Below are positions 37,162 through 46,976 of a stretch of 64,000 bases of DNA, in pieces; within the stretch, counting starts at the first letter, position 1, and every line of letters starts with the position of its first letter. Position numbers and translations under genes: made by a program. This DNA is from an uncultured Pseudomonadales bacterium. Lineage in GTDB: Bacteria > Patescibacteriota > Microgenomatia > UBA1400 > PJMF01. The notes below the pieces were generated by a model. That model had not been told where the DNA came from and made no database searches. It was given only the letters and a program-made list of their open reading frames with translations. The stretch lies in NCBI GenBank assembly GCA_964393205.1, contig CAYMSV010000003.1, forward strand, positions 34,608 to 98,607. The letters run 5' to 3'.

Positions 37162-37192
37162 AAAAACCCCTCTTCAAAAAAGAGGGGTTTTT
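37162..37192. terminator. Bidirectional rho-independent terminator
   Basis: AAAAACCCCTCTTCAAAAAAGAGGGGTTTTT. Confidence 0.85.
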
Positions 37193-37260
37193 AATAGGGT
37201 TTTAAAATTTGCATCTGGTTTTTCCTTTTTTATAGAGCACTTATAAAACAAAGAATTAAC

Positions 37261-37300
37261 ATCCCATAATATTGACAAAAATGACTTTAATTGATATACT
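37261..37300 (+). promoter_or_regulatory. Sigma70-type promoter with ATCCCATAAT element; transcript has ~350-nt leader
   Basis: ATCCCATAAT 37261-37270, -35 TTGACA 37272-37277, -10 TATACT 37295-37300. Confidence 0.55.
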
Positions 37301-37655
37301 TCTATCTAGTTATGATAACTTTTTAGTAGAGAGCAGGCCTCGATGTAATAATGCTTGTTTCTTGAAACACATTTCTTCATCAAAGTCTTTTCTCTGCTCG
37401 AAAGAGTAGAAGAAGGAGCTCTTTAAGCAGCTCTTAAAACCCGGAAATTGCTTCTGGAGTTTTGATTAGCTTACTAAAGAGACGCACCTTAACAATTGGA
37501 GGAAAATGCTTTAGGCATTTAGGTCCAGCTTTTGTGACAATCATTGCAATGAATGGTTGTTAGAGAAGCTGGTCCTTCGTGCCGAAAGGCAAAGGGACGA
37601 GTCGGTGACCACTGACGCCCATGTGGAGATTTTAACCTATAAAAAGGAGAATACC

Positions 37656-38174
37656 GTGCGTACAAAAATTTTTTTTGTTGTATTTGTTCTGGCCAGCATC
37701 ATGCTGGCAGCCTGCGGCGCGAAAGATGTGCCTACAGGTGATGAATTAAGCACTGAGCTAACTGAGCCGCGGGTAGTGGTGGTAACAGCCACTCCTGCTC
37801 CAGTCAAATTAGCTGGAATCGATGGGCTCGAAAGTCCTCGTTTGCACCATGCAGGGGAACACCCCGCTGGAGAATCCAGTGTTGGTATGTTTGACATTGG
37901 AGTAAACGAAGGTCAGTATGGCCTGGTGTTTGGTTGGAACCTTGCTTGGGGTGCACAAAGTATCCCCGGTGAAGGCTGTGAACTCGTTGTTCTCGTATCA
38001 GGATGGTATGAGGACTTTGAGATTACAGATGGTCGTTACGAGGTTTATGACCTCCCGGCGGCCGATCCCTCTGGTTGGGCAGAAGTTTTGCTCAGCCAAC
38101 GGATAGAAGAGCAGGCCACCCACTATGGATGTCCCGCTGATAAAGTCCCCCCAGTTTGGGAGGGTGGCAAATAG
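37656..38174 (+). CDS. Lipoprotein, unknown function; GC-rich (foreign-composition) gene
   Basis: GGAG RBS then GTG start; lipobox LAAC; local GC ~50% versus ~33% background. Confidence 0.55.
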   Translation: MRTKIFFVVFVLASIMLAACGAKDVPTGDELSTELTEPRVVVVTATPAPVKLAGIDGLESPRLHHAGEHPAGESSVGMFDIGVNEGQYGLVFGWNLAWGAQSIPGEGCELVVLVSGWYEDFEITDGRYEVYDLPAADPSGWAEVLLSQRIEEQATHYGCPADKVPPVWEGGK

Positions 38175-38194
38175 CCACCCTCGATCCTCCAATT

Positions 38195-38220
38195 CCCGCG
38201 AGTCGTAAAAAGCTCGCGGG
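38195..38220 (+). terminator. GC-rich hairpin after lipoprotein gene (terminator candidate; no U-tract)
   Basis: CCCGCGAG-TCGTAAAAAG-CTCGCGGG. Confidence 0.4.
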
Positions 38221-38281
38221 AAACCTTAAGTTCATAATCGCATATCAGTTTGTGAATTTAAGGTTTCTTGTCTTTTAAAAT

Positions 38282-39148
38282 ATGAAAACTGTCAAAGAAC
38301 AAACACTAGTTTCAATTCTAATGCCTGTTTATAATGCTGAGAAATATCTCAGCAAGACGTTAGAAAGCATTCAATCTCAAACATATAAAAATTGGGAGTT
38401 ATTTGCTATTGATGATTGGTCAACTGATCGATCTTATAGCATTTTATTAGATTTTGCTAAAAAAGATAAAAGAATTAAGCTTTATAGAAATGGTAAGCAT
38501 CGAGGGGTCGCTGGAGCTGCTAATTTGGCTTTATCAATGATTAAAAGTGATTATGTAGCTCGAATGGATGCTGATGACCTAATGCATCCTGAGAGAATTG
38601 CTAAGCAACTTAAATTCTTAAAAGCAAATCCAAGTGTTGTAATTGTTGGTTCACAATGCCTTTTGATCGATCAAGATGGTCAAAAAATTGGTGAAAAAAA
38701 GTTTCCAATGAAGAATGAGGATATCATGAAGATGATTTTTCGCTCAATCCCTATTCAACAACCATCCATGATGATTAATAGAGTTTTGTTGCCAAAAGAT
38801 TTTATTGCTTATGATAAAAGCAAAAACACTGCTGAAGAAGTAGGTCTACTTTTTAAGCTTTTTGAATATGGTGAGGCTGCTAACTTACCCGATTTTTTAC
38901 ACTTTTATCGTTTGCACGATAAAAACACTTCTCTTACAAATCCAAAAAAAACATTTTATTTAACATTTTTAACCCGCTTAAAATATGCCCATCAGGCCAG
39001 TTTTAGTGATTTATTTTTAAATTTTGTACAGTTAGTGATTGTTTTTATTTTGCCTAAAAAACTAATTTTTCCTTTATATAATTTGTGGCGTAATAATAAG
39101 CTGTTAAATTTAAGTGTTCCTTCCCTTACTCGACTTTTCAAAATATAA
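38282..39148 (+). CDS. Family 2 glycosyltransferase
   Basis: SILMPVYNAEKYL...AIDDWSTD, MDADD (DxD). Confidence 0.85.
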   Translation: MKTVKEQTLVSILMPVYNAEKYLSKTLESIQSQTYKNWELFAIDDWSTDRSYSILLDFAKKDKRIKLYRNGKHRGVAGAANLALSMIKSDYVARMDADDLMHPERIAKQLKFLKANPSVVIVGSQCLLIDQDGQKIGEKKFPMKNEDIMKMIFRSIPIQQPSMMINRVLLPKDFIAYDKSKNTAEEVGLLFKLFEYGEAANLPDFLHFYRLHDKNTSLTNPKKTFYLTFLTRLKYAHQASFSDLFLNFVQLVIVFILPKKLIFPLYNLWRNNKLLNLSVPSLTRLFKI

Positions 39149-39158
39149 TTTAATACTG

Positions 39159-42100
39159 ATGATGTTTAAAAAAAAGTTTGTTTTTCCATTTTTATCAGTG
39201 TTTCTTGTTTTTATTCTTTTATTATTTAATTTCAGTTCCGGCACTTTTTTAATTGGTTGGGACAATTTACAAACGGATTTAAATCCAGTTCTTAATTTTA
39301 AGAGAGCTTTAAACGTTTCTTGGCAAGAATATCAGGGGCTTGGATTGCTAGGAGGAATGGGGCATGGGGCAGACTTGATTCGCCAAATGATCCTTATCCC
39401 TTTTTCTCTAGTTTTAAATCAAAACTTACTGCGATATTTTTGGAATTTTTTCGCTCTAGCAATTGGTGTTTTGGGTTTTTATTCTTTACTTACTTACTTG
39501 ACAAAAAATAAACAAGCCTCCTTTTTAGGAGCTTGTTTCTATCTTTTAAATATTGGGACAATGCAAAATTTTTATGTTACATTTGAACCTTTTTCTTCTT
39601 TTTTTGCATTTTTACCATGGTTAATTTATTTTTTATTTAAATATTTAAATAAAGCGAAGAAAAAAACATTATTGATGTTTTTCTTCTTGTCTTTATTAGG
39701 TACAAGCTTTGCTTATGTGCAAACCACATTTTTAGTTTATTTAATTTTATTAGCGATCATTTTGTTATTTTATATTTTCAAAAAGAATATTGTTTCTAAA
39801 AAAGAGAAAGCTCTTAATTCTTTAAAAATTTTAATTATAGTTTTTTTAACAAATGCTTTTTGGCTTTTACCGCTGTCATTGTTTACTTTGAAAAATATTG
39901 ATACAACGATCAAGGCTAAAGGTAATCTGATGACTACGGAGCCTGTATTTTTACGCAACAATAAATTTGGTAACTTTCGTGATCTTATTCAACTAAAAGG
40001 CTATTGGTTCGATTTTACTGATTTTGATCAATGGGGTAATGCAGTTTTTTTACTTGAAGACTGGAAAGTTCATTTTCAAAATCCCCTGATTACTTCTTTT
40101 TCTTTTATTTATTTTGCCCTATTATTACTGGGAATTACTTCTATTTTTACTTTAAAAAAGTTACCTAGTGCAATGAAACGAGCGCGTTACTCGATTCTGG
40201 CTTTGTTTTTATTCTCTTGTTTTATTCTTCTTGGCTCTAACCCACCATTTGGATTTATTTATGACTTTTTACGTGAAAACTTGCCTCTTTTTGGCCAAGT
40301 TTTTCGCTCCTCTTTCACCAAATGGATTGTGCCCTACAGTCTTTTTTATAGCTTGCTCTTAACTTTTGGTTTAGCTTTCCTTTTCAGCATTTTTAAAAAG
40401 AAGATTTGGCAGCGCCTAGTAGCCGGAGCCTTTTTTCTTTCTCTAATTTTCTATTCCCTACCTAGTTTTACTGGTAATTTCTTTTATTCTCGTCTTAGGA
40501 TAGCAGTTCCTGATGCTTATTTTCAGTTATTTGATTATTTTAAAGACGAGGCTCCACAAAGTAGCAGGATTGCTAATTTACCCCAACACTCTTTTTATGG
40601 TTGGCAATGGAATGATTGGGGTTATCGAGGCTCTGGATTTATTTGGTACGGTATTAAACAGCCCATTTTAGATCGAGCTTTTGATGTTTGGAGTGAGGCC
40701 AGTGAGCGTTATTACTGGCAATTACAGGCGGCTTTGGATAAAAAAGATATTGGTGCGCTGGAAAATGTTTTAGCCCAATACGATGTTGATTATTTACTGC
40801 TTGATGGGTCGATTATCAACCGTAACACCAAGAAGCCTTTTAATTATCAAGCGATAAAAGATCTCTTACTTAGTTCGGAACAGATTAAACTAGTCGAAGA
40901 ATTTGATTTTATTAGTTTATATACTTTTAGCGATTCAGAAAAAAGTCGTGAAAAGAATTTTATTAGTTTGTATAAAGATTTACCAATTATAGTTAATGAT
41001 TATCGTTTTACTTGGGAAGATAAAGCTTTCATAAGTTTTCACGACTATTTGAATAAAGAAAATATTGATCAAGCTGAAGTAATATTTCTCTTTTCTTCAT
41101 TGTTTAGCAATCATTTACAAAAAGATTTGGAATTTACTTTGGGTGAAGATGATAACTATTTTTATTTAACTAATTTAAGAGATTCTAGCGCTAATAACTT
41201 TCAACTTAATTTGCCAGATCTATTGGGTACTGAAACTCACCTGCCATTTCGTTTATCCTGGTTGACGGACGAGAATATGGTGAAATTAAACTTTACTTTG
41301 CTAGCTCCAGAAATTGATAGCGCCAAACAAAAAATCAATTTTAACTTAGTAGAAGACTTTGTTTTTAACATTTCACCATGTTCAAGCAGTGAAGTTTGTT
41401 ATATCAATATAAACAACCAGCTAATTAGCCAGATCAATGAAGGTGGTGAGCTTGATTTGCTGTTAAATACCGATTTACCAAACACTATTGCTTTAAGTAC
41501 CGATTCAAAAATTGACTATTTTGACTTTGCTTTTTTTGATTTAGAACTTGAAGGCATAGAAATTACTAAGGAGGTTTTGCCAGAAAACCCTGGCTTTAGA
41601 GTCAAAATCCCAAAAATTTTATTGCAAAGCAACCTTTTAGAAACCGAACTTAATTTGAGTGAGGCCGAGGACTGTCGGCCGCTACAAGAAGGTTTTGTTG
41701 CTAAAGAACAGCGCTCTGAGGGCAATTATTATCGCTCAGTTGACACCAGTGTTTGCGATCACTTTTATTTAGAAAATTTAGATCACTCTGTTGGCTATTT
41801 GTTTAAATTAAAAGCGCAAAATATTAGCAGTTTGCCCTTGGTTTTTGCTGTCCAAGCAGATAGTTTAGGGCGCAGTCCACTGGAGACTTATTTAAGTGAA
41901 GGTGTAAATTACCAAATTTTGCCTCCAACGGAAGAGTTTAATCAGGGCTATACTTTGTATTTTTCTACTGATTCCTATGGTAGAGAAGTTAATGAAAACC
42001 TTTTAGAGTCGGCAGAAGTGTTTTTTTGGCCATATCATTTTTTGAAAAATATTGCTTTGCAAAATATAGACAGGGATTTTTTTAAAAATGAAATGGTTAA

Positions 42101-42434
42101 TTGTGACTTTGAAGTCAAAAAAAGTGCTCTTTGGTTATATCGAGTGAGCTTGAGTAGCAATTGTGATGCTAATTATTTAAAGCTATCTCAAGCTTATGAT
42201 AGTGGCTGGTTAGCATATCAAGCTGGGCAAAGACTTGAGCATCGAAAACTTAATAATTGGGCTAATGCTTGGATTTTAAATAATCAAGACAGCGATTCTC
42301 TAATTTATATTTTTTATTGGCCACAATTTTTACAATATTTTGGCTTCTTAGCAATTGCGCTTGGTTTCATTGGAATATTTTATTGTGACAGAAAGAAGCC
42401 TATTACTGATTTAGACAAAAAAACTAATCAGTAA
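39159..42434 (+). CDS. Large polytopic membrane protein, YfhO-like (GT-C fold candidate) with large extracytoplasmic C-terminal domain
   Basis: >12 predicted TM helices in first ~480 aa, ~600-aa soluble C-terminal domain ending in TM; start ATG 39159. Confidence 0.45.
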   Translation: MMFKKKFVFPFLSVFLVFILLLFNFSSGTFLIGWDNLQTDLNPVLNFKRALNVSWQEYQGLGLLGGMGHGADLIRQMILIPFSLVLNQNLLRYFWNFFALAIGVLGFYSLLTYLTKNKQASFLGACFYLLNIGTMQNFYVTFEPFSSFFAFLPWLIYFLFKYLNKAKKKTLLMFFFLSLLGTSFAYVQTTFLVYLILLAIILLFYIFKKNIVSKKEKALNSLKILIIVFLTNAFWLLPLSLFTLKNIDTTIKAKGNLMTTEPVFLRNNKFGNFRDLIQLKGYWFDFTDFDQWGNAVFLLEDWKVHFQNPLITSFSFIYFALLLLGITSIFTLKKLPSAMKRARYSILALFLFSCFILLGSNPPFGFIYDFLRENLPLFGQVFRSSFTKWIVPYSLFYSLLLTFGLAFLFSIFKKKIWQRLVAGAFFLSLIFYSLPSFTGNFFYSRLRIAVPDAYFQLFDYFKDEAPQSSRIANLPQHSFYGWQWNDWGYRGSGFIWYGIKQPILDRAFDVWSEASERYYWQLQAALDKKDIGALENVLAQYDVDYLLLDGSIINRNTKKPFNYQAIKDLLLSSEQIKLVEEFDFISLYTFSDSEKSREKNFISLYKDLPIIVNDYRFTWEDKAFISFHDYLNKENIDQAEVIFLFSSLFSNHLQKDLEFTLGEDDNYFYLTNLRDSSANNFQLNLPDLLGTETHLPFRLSWLTDENMVKLNFTLLAPEIDSAKQKINFNLVEDFVFNISPCSSSEVCYININNQLISQINEGGELDLLLNTDLPNTIALSTDSKIDYFDFAFFDLELEGIEITKEVLPENPGFRVKIPKILLQSNLLETELNLSEAEDCRPLQEGFVAKEQRSEGNYYRSVDTSVCDHFYLENLDHSVGYLFKLKAQNISSLPLVFAVQADSLGRSPLETYLSEGVNYQILPPTEEFNQGYTLYFSTDSYGREVNENLLESAEVFFWPYHFLKNIALQNIDRDFFKNEMVNCDFEVKKSALWLYRVSLSSNCDANYLKLSQAYDSGWLAYQAGQRLEHRKLNNWANAWILNNQDSDSLIYIFYWPQFLQYFGFLAIALGFIGIFYCDRKKPITDLDKKTNQ

Positions 42435-42451
42435 TTTGCTATACTAGAGAA

Positions 42452-44593
42452 GTGCTAAAAAATCACATCCTGCTTAAGGTTAAAACCAGCAAAGACAGCC
42501 AAGAGACTGAGGAGTCAGCTGTTCAACTTTTTTCTACCCTGCCTAAGTTAAAAAATAAGCTGACTGATAAGCTGCTGGGTAAAAACGAAAGACTTAGTTT
42601 TGAAATCTTGGTTAGAGAACAAAATATTCATTTTTTAGTTTGTGTCCCCCTGCGCCTTTTAGAATATTTTAAAGGAGCTATTCATGCTAGTTATCCAGAA
42701 GCAGTAATTGAAGAACTTGCTTATGATCCAGCAATTTGGTTTTTTGCTAAAAACTACCAAGTGTCTGTGGCTAGTCTTAAATTAAAAAATAAGAGTTATT
42801 TGCCCCTTAAAACTTACAAAGATTTTAAGGACATTGATCCATTATCAACTTTAATGTCTACTCTATCTAAAAACGAAGGTCAAGATACTATTTTGATCCA
42901 AATGCTTTTAAACAATCAAGTTAGTGTTTGGTCAAAAAGCTATCAGGCTTCTATTGAAGAGTTAGAAAATCATCCACAAAAGAAGTTGATTGGTCAAAAA
43001 ATGGAACAACGATCGCTCAAAGTTGCTTTTAAAATAGCGGTTGCCACAGATAATCGGCAAAAAAGCAAGCTAATTTTAGATAACATCGCTGCGGCCTATC
43101 AAGCCATGTCTCAGAGTGAGAGCAATGCTTTGCTTTTAAAGAAAAGACATTTTTTTAAAAAATCTTTTCTCAAAAAAATGCAAGAGCGAAGTTTCAGCGC
43201 TTCGCCGAATTTAAACTTAAGTTTAGATGAATTGGCCACTCTTTATCATTTTCCCAGTCAAAAATTAAGTAATATTACTAATATATCTTGGGGTAAAAAA
43301 TTACTTGGTGAGGCTCCAGAAAACTTGCCGACTATCACCCGCGACAGTTCAGTTCAAAGAAAAAAGGATATTAATATTATTGGTGAAACAGTTTATAAAA
43401 ATCGTCTAACTAAGTATGGTTTATGGAGTGAAGATCGCCGCCGCCATGTTTATGTAATTGGTAAGACTGGCACCGGTAAATCTACTTTATTGGCTAATAT
43501 GGCAATTAATGACCTCAAGCACAATGAAGGAATGTGTGTAATTGATCCTCATGGTGATCTGGTAGAAACTTTACTCGATTTTATTCCTAAGCATCGAATT
43601 AACGACGTGGTTTATTTTGATCCAGCAGATACTGAAAGAACGGTGCAAATCAATCTTTTTGAAGGAGAAAATGTGGTGCATCGTGAGCTAATTGCCTCTG
43701 GCATTATTTCTGTTTTTAAAAAGCTCTATGGCTATTCTTGGGGGCCAAGGTTGGAATATATTTTGCGTAATTGCTTACTAACCTTGCTTAAAAGTCCAGA
43801 AGCAAAATTGTCAGATATTTTAGACTTATTAACCAATGAAAAATTTCGCGAAAAAGTAGTTAACAAACTTGATGATCCAATTTTGAAAAACTTTTGGGTC
43901 AATGAATATAACAAAATGCATGATCGTCAACGCCAAGAACAAATTGCTTCAATCCTCAATAAAGTTGGTCAATTTGTTTCTTCACCACTGGTGCGCAATG
44001 TGGTTAATACCACTCAGTCTTCTTTCAGCATCGAAGAACTAATGAGTCAGGGCAAAATTTTATTAATAAATTTATCTCAAGGTCGCTTAGGTGAAGATAA
44101 TGCTACCCTTTTGGGTGCGATGATGATTACCAAGATTCAGTTAGCAGCTATGGGTAGAGTTAATGTTAGTGAAGATAAGCGACCCGACTTTTATCTCTAC
44201 GTTGACGAGTTTCAAAATTTTGCCACCGATGCTTTTATTAAGATTCTTTCCGAAGCTCGTAAATATCATCTTAATTTAACTTTAGCCAATCAATATATAG
44301 ATCAAATTCCCGAAGAGGTGCGCAATGCTATTTTTGGCAACTGTGGCAACATCATTAGTTTTGTAATGGGAGCTGGTGATGCTAGTTATTTTCAGGCTGA
44401 ATATGGAGGACTTTATACTCAAGACGATTTAGTTAATTTAGATAAATATCAAATTATTAATAAAATTTCTATCAATAATGTTTTGAGTAGGCCGTTTCCT
44501 GCTTATACTTTGCCTCTAGCTAAGAGTAGCAACCGAAATCGAGAAAAAGTAATTCGCAACAGTCGGGAGCGATACGCTAAAAAGAGAAATTAG
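42452..44593 (+). CDS. HerA/DUF87-family P-loop ATPase with ~330-aa N-terminal domain of unknown function
   Basis: Walker A VIGKTGTGKST, hallmark IDPHGD after Walker A, Walker B LYVDEFQNF. Confidence 0.55.
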   Translation: MLKNHILLKVKTSKDSQETEESAVQLFSTLPKLKNKLTDKLLGKNERLSFEILVREQNIHFLVCVPLRLLEYFKGAIHASYPEAVIEELAYDPAIWFFAKNYQVSVASLKLKNKSYLPLKTYKDFKDIDPLSTLMSTLSKNEGQDTILIQMLLNNQVSVWSKSYQASIEELENHPQKKLIGQKMEQRSLKVAFKIAVATDNRQKSKLILDNIAAAYQAMSQSESNALLLKKRHFFKKSFLKKMQERSFSASPNLNLSLDELATLYHFPSQKLSNITNISWGKKLLGEAPENLPTITRDSSVQRKKDINIIGETVYKNRLTKYGLWSEDRRRHVYVIGKTGTGKSTLLANMAINDLKHNEGMCVIDPHGDLVETLLDFIPKHRINDVVYFDPADTERTVQINLFEGENVVHRELIASGIISVFKKLYGYSWGPRLEYILRNCLLTLLKSPEAKLSDILDLLTNEKFREKVVNKLDDPILKNFWVNEYNKMHDRQRQEQIASILNKVGQFVSSPLVRNVVNTTQSSFSIEELMSQGKILLINLSQGRLGEDNATLLGAMMITKIQLAAMGRVNVSEDKRPDFYLYVDEFQNFATDAFIKILSEARKYHLNLTLANQYIDQIPEEVRNAIFGNCGNIISFVMGAGDASYFQAEYGGLYTQDDLVNLDKYQIINKISINNVLSRPFPAYTLPLAKSSNRNREKVIRNSRERYAKKRN

Positions 44594-45240
44594 TGAAGAA
44601 AAATTTTTCAACAGTCACTGATGAAAACAAGAAACCTTGGTGGGTATATATTGCTGAATGTAGTGACGGCACTTACTATACTGGCATCAGCAACGATATT
44701 AATAAAAGATTAGATAAACACAATACAGGTTGTGGAGCTCAATATACAAAAAATCGCAATCCTGTTAGTCTTGTATATTTTGAAAAACATTTAAATCGAT
44801 CCTTAGCAACAAAAAGAGAATATCAGATTAAACAATTAACTCGTCAAGAAAAAGAGAAATTAGTTGATGGTTTCTTATCAAATGCGGCCGGCTTAAAGGA
44901 AAATTTTTTATCAATTAATAAAATGCCAGCCGATAGCTTTGGTTTGAAAATTATCATCAAAAATCAAGAAAATCAGGAGCTAGCTCGTGCTTTTTTATAT
45001 ATTATGCAAAATGACTTGCATGAGCGACCATTTGCTTTATTGGAAGATGTTTTTGTAGAGTCAGAAAATCGCGGACAGGGCTTGGGTACGCAATTAATTA
45101 AAAAAGCTATTAGTGAAGCCAAGAATTTGAATTGTTATAAATTAATAGCCACCAGTCGTTATCAGCGAGCTAGAGTTCATAAGCTTTATCTTGACTTGGG
45201 TTTTAAAGATTGGGGTCAAGAATTTCGTTTAGACTTTTAA
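44593..45240 (+). CDS. GIY-YIG nuclease (YhbQ/UPF0213-type) fused to GNAT N-acetyltransferase
   Basis: WWVYIAECSDGTYYTGISNDINKRLDKHNTGCGAQYT...REYQIKQL (YhbQ-like); C-terminal GNAT motif A ENRGQGLGTQLIKKAI; GTG start overlaps ATPase stop (TAGTG). Confidence 0.6.
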   Translation: MKKNFSTVTDENKKPWWVYIAECSDGTYYTGISNDINKRLDKHNTGCGAQYTKNRNPVSLVYFEKHLNRSLATKREYQIKQLTRQEKEKLVDGFLSNAAGLKENFLSINKMPADSFGLKIIIKNQENQELARAFLYIMQNDLHERPFALLEDVFVESENRGQGLGTQLIKKAISEAKNLNCYKLIATSRYQRARVHKLYLDLGFKDWGQEFRLDF

Positions 45241-45305
45241 ACTATTCTAATTTTTATTTTTAACTTACAATTGTAAGTTGTAGTAATAGTCTTGTTTAAA
45301 TCTAA

Positions 45306-46958
45306 ATGCCAAGTATTTCCTTTAATAAAAATTCTAACTTTTTAAAACGACTTGCCTCTTATCTAAATTGGAATAATGTTGCTTTAATTTTAATTTTATT
45401 CTTGGCAGTTTTTTTAAGATTTTACCGTTTAGATAAGCAAATTTGGTGGATGAGTGGTGATGATGCTAGAGATATGTTGGTTGTGAGGCATATTGTTGAA
45501 TATGGTGAGACAATCAATCGTGGACCGTTGGCCTTGGGTGGATTTGGTTGGCTCAAAAATTCACCAGTTTACTATTATTTTGTAGCTTTTCTTTGGTTTC
45601 TAACAAACAGTGCTCAGGGAGTAATGTATTTATGGGCTGGTTTATTTACCCTGCCTGTTTTCTTAGCTTATGTGATAGTTAAAAAAATTCATAAAAAAAC
45701 CAGCGCTTTATTGGCAGCTTTGGTTTTTGCAATTAATCCATATATGATTAATGCTGCAAAAAATTTAACCCAAGTTCATTTGTCAGTAATTTTTTCTATT
45801 TTATTTATTTATTTTTTAATTAATTACTTGTCAAGTAAAAAGAAAAGATTGCTTAATCTTTTAGGAATGATTGGTGTTCTATTTTCAGCCTTTCATTTTC
45901 ACTACAACATTATCTTGGTTTTTCCTAGTTTATTTTTTTTGATTTTAATTTTTTATTGGCAACTCAACACTGGACAGAAAAAATTGTTGAGTAAAAACTT
46001 CATTTTACCAATATTATTGGCTTCGATTTTGTTTATATCTTGGATTTTTCTTACTTATACAGTAAAGCTTTTTGATCAGTTTACTTTTTTTGAAATTAAT
46101 AATTCTCTCAATGATAAAATTCTTTCTACAACAATTCTTCATTTTTTTGATTCAAACAAGTTAGTGTTCAAACTAATATGGGGCGAGTCTTTAGCAACAA
46201 TTATGATTCTGCCGACTTTGATCTTGTTGCTATTTTTAATTTTGAAAAAGGCCTATTTAAAAAATCTGCTGTTAAAAAAAAGTATAAAATATTTTTCACT
46301 CATCTTAAGCTCTTTGTTTTTGATATTTTTTTATCAGGGGTCAGTTGAAGATACTTACTTTTTATTTTTATTGCCAATTATTTTGATAATGCTGACACTA
46401 GCATTGGTTTTATTATTGGAGCAAATGAAGTATTTGGCTTGGCCAATTATTGTTCTTATTATTTTTTTAATGTTTGATTCTGGAATTAAATATAATTTTA
46501 ATAATTTTTATCCTTTGCCCGTCTACGAAAAAAAGAGATTTTTAGCTAAATTAATCGCTAGTGATTATTTTAAATTATATCCATCTAGTAAAATTACTGA
46601 GCAACCTAGGTTTTTATTGAGTTGGGACAGTCAGGTTTTTTATTTTATGAATGATTCCTGGGGTAATTCTGGAGTTTGGTTTCATTTGGAGGATGTTTTT
46701 GCTCAGCAGCTAGTAAAATTAGTTAATTATGGACCAAATTATCAATCAAAAATTGAGAATCCCCAAGTTATATATAGTATTTGTCACCATGATAATAATT
46801 ATGCGAAGGTTTCCAACTGTTTAAAAAATTTTATGGAAAAATATCCTGTTCATGAAACAGATATTTATAAATTGTATGAAGATGAGGAAGTAGCTCTGCT
46901 GCGTGCAAAAATAAGTATAAGTTTGAATAACGCTTTGCTTAATACTCCCAATTATTAG
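45306..46958 (+). CDS. GT-C membrane glycosyltransferase (ArnT/PMT-like, GT39/GT83)
   Basis: ~12 TM; first-loop motif SGDDARDMLVVRHIVEYGET...GGFGWLKNSPVYYY. Confidence 0.6.
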   Translation: MPSISFNKNSNFLKRLASYLNWNNVALILILFLAVFLRFYRLDKQIWWMSGDDARDMLVVRHIVEYGETINRGPLALGGFGWLKNSPVYYYFVAFLWFLTNSAQGVMYLWAGLFTLPVFLAYVIVKKIHKKTSALLAALVFAINPYMINAAKNLTQVHLSVIFSILFIYFLINYLSSKKKRLLNLLGMIGVLFSAFHFHYNIILVFPSLFFLILIFYWQLNTGQKKLLSKNFILPILLASILFISWIFLTYTVKLFDQFTFFEINNSLNDKILSTTILHFFDSNKLVFKLIWGESLATIMILPTLILLLFLILKKAYLKNLLLKKSIKYFSLILSSLFLIFFYQGSVEDTYFLFLLPIILIMLTLALVLLLEQMKYLAWPIIVLIIFLMFDSGIKYNFNNFYPLPVYEKKRFLAKLIASDYFKLYPSSKITEQPRFLLSWDSQVFYFMNDSWGNSGVWFHLEDVFAQQLVKLVNYGPNYQSKIENPQVIYSICHHDNNYAKVSNCLKNFMEKYPVHETDIYKLYEDEEVALLRAKISISLNNALLNTPNY

Positions 46959-46976
46959 TTATAATTTAGAGAATTT

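Noticed and set aside
37637-38192. Three short ORFs (86, 62, 64 aa) overlapping the GC-rich lipoprotein gene
   Set aside because: Alternative-frame or antisense artefacts favoured by high local GC; the lipoprotein frame has signal peptide and lipobox
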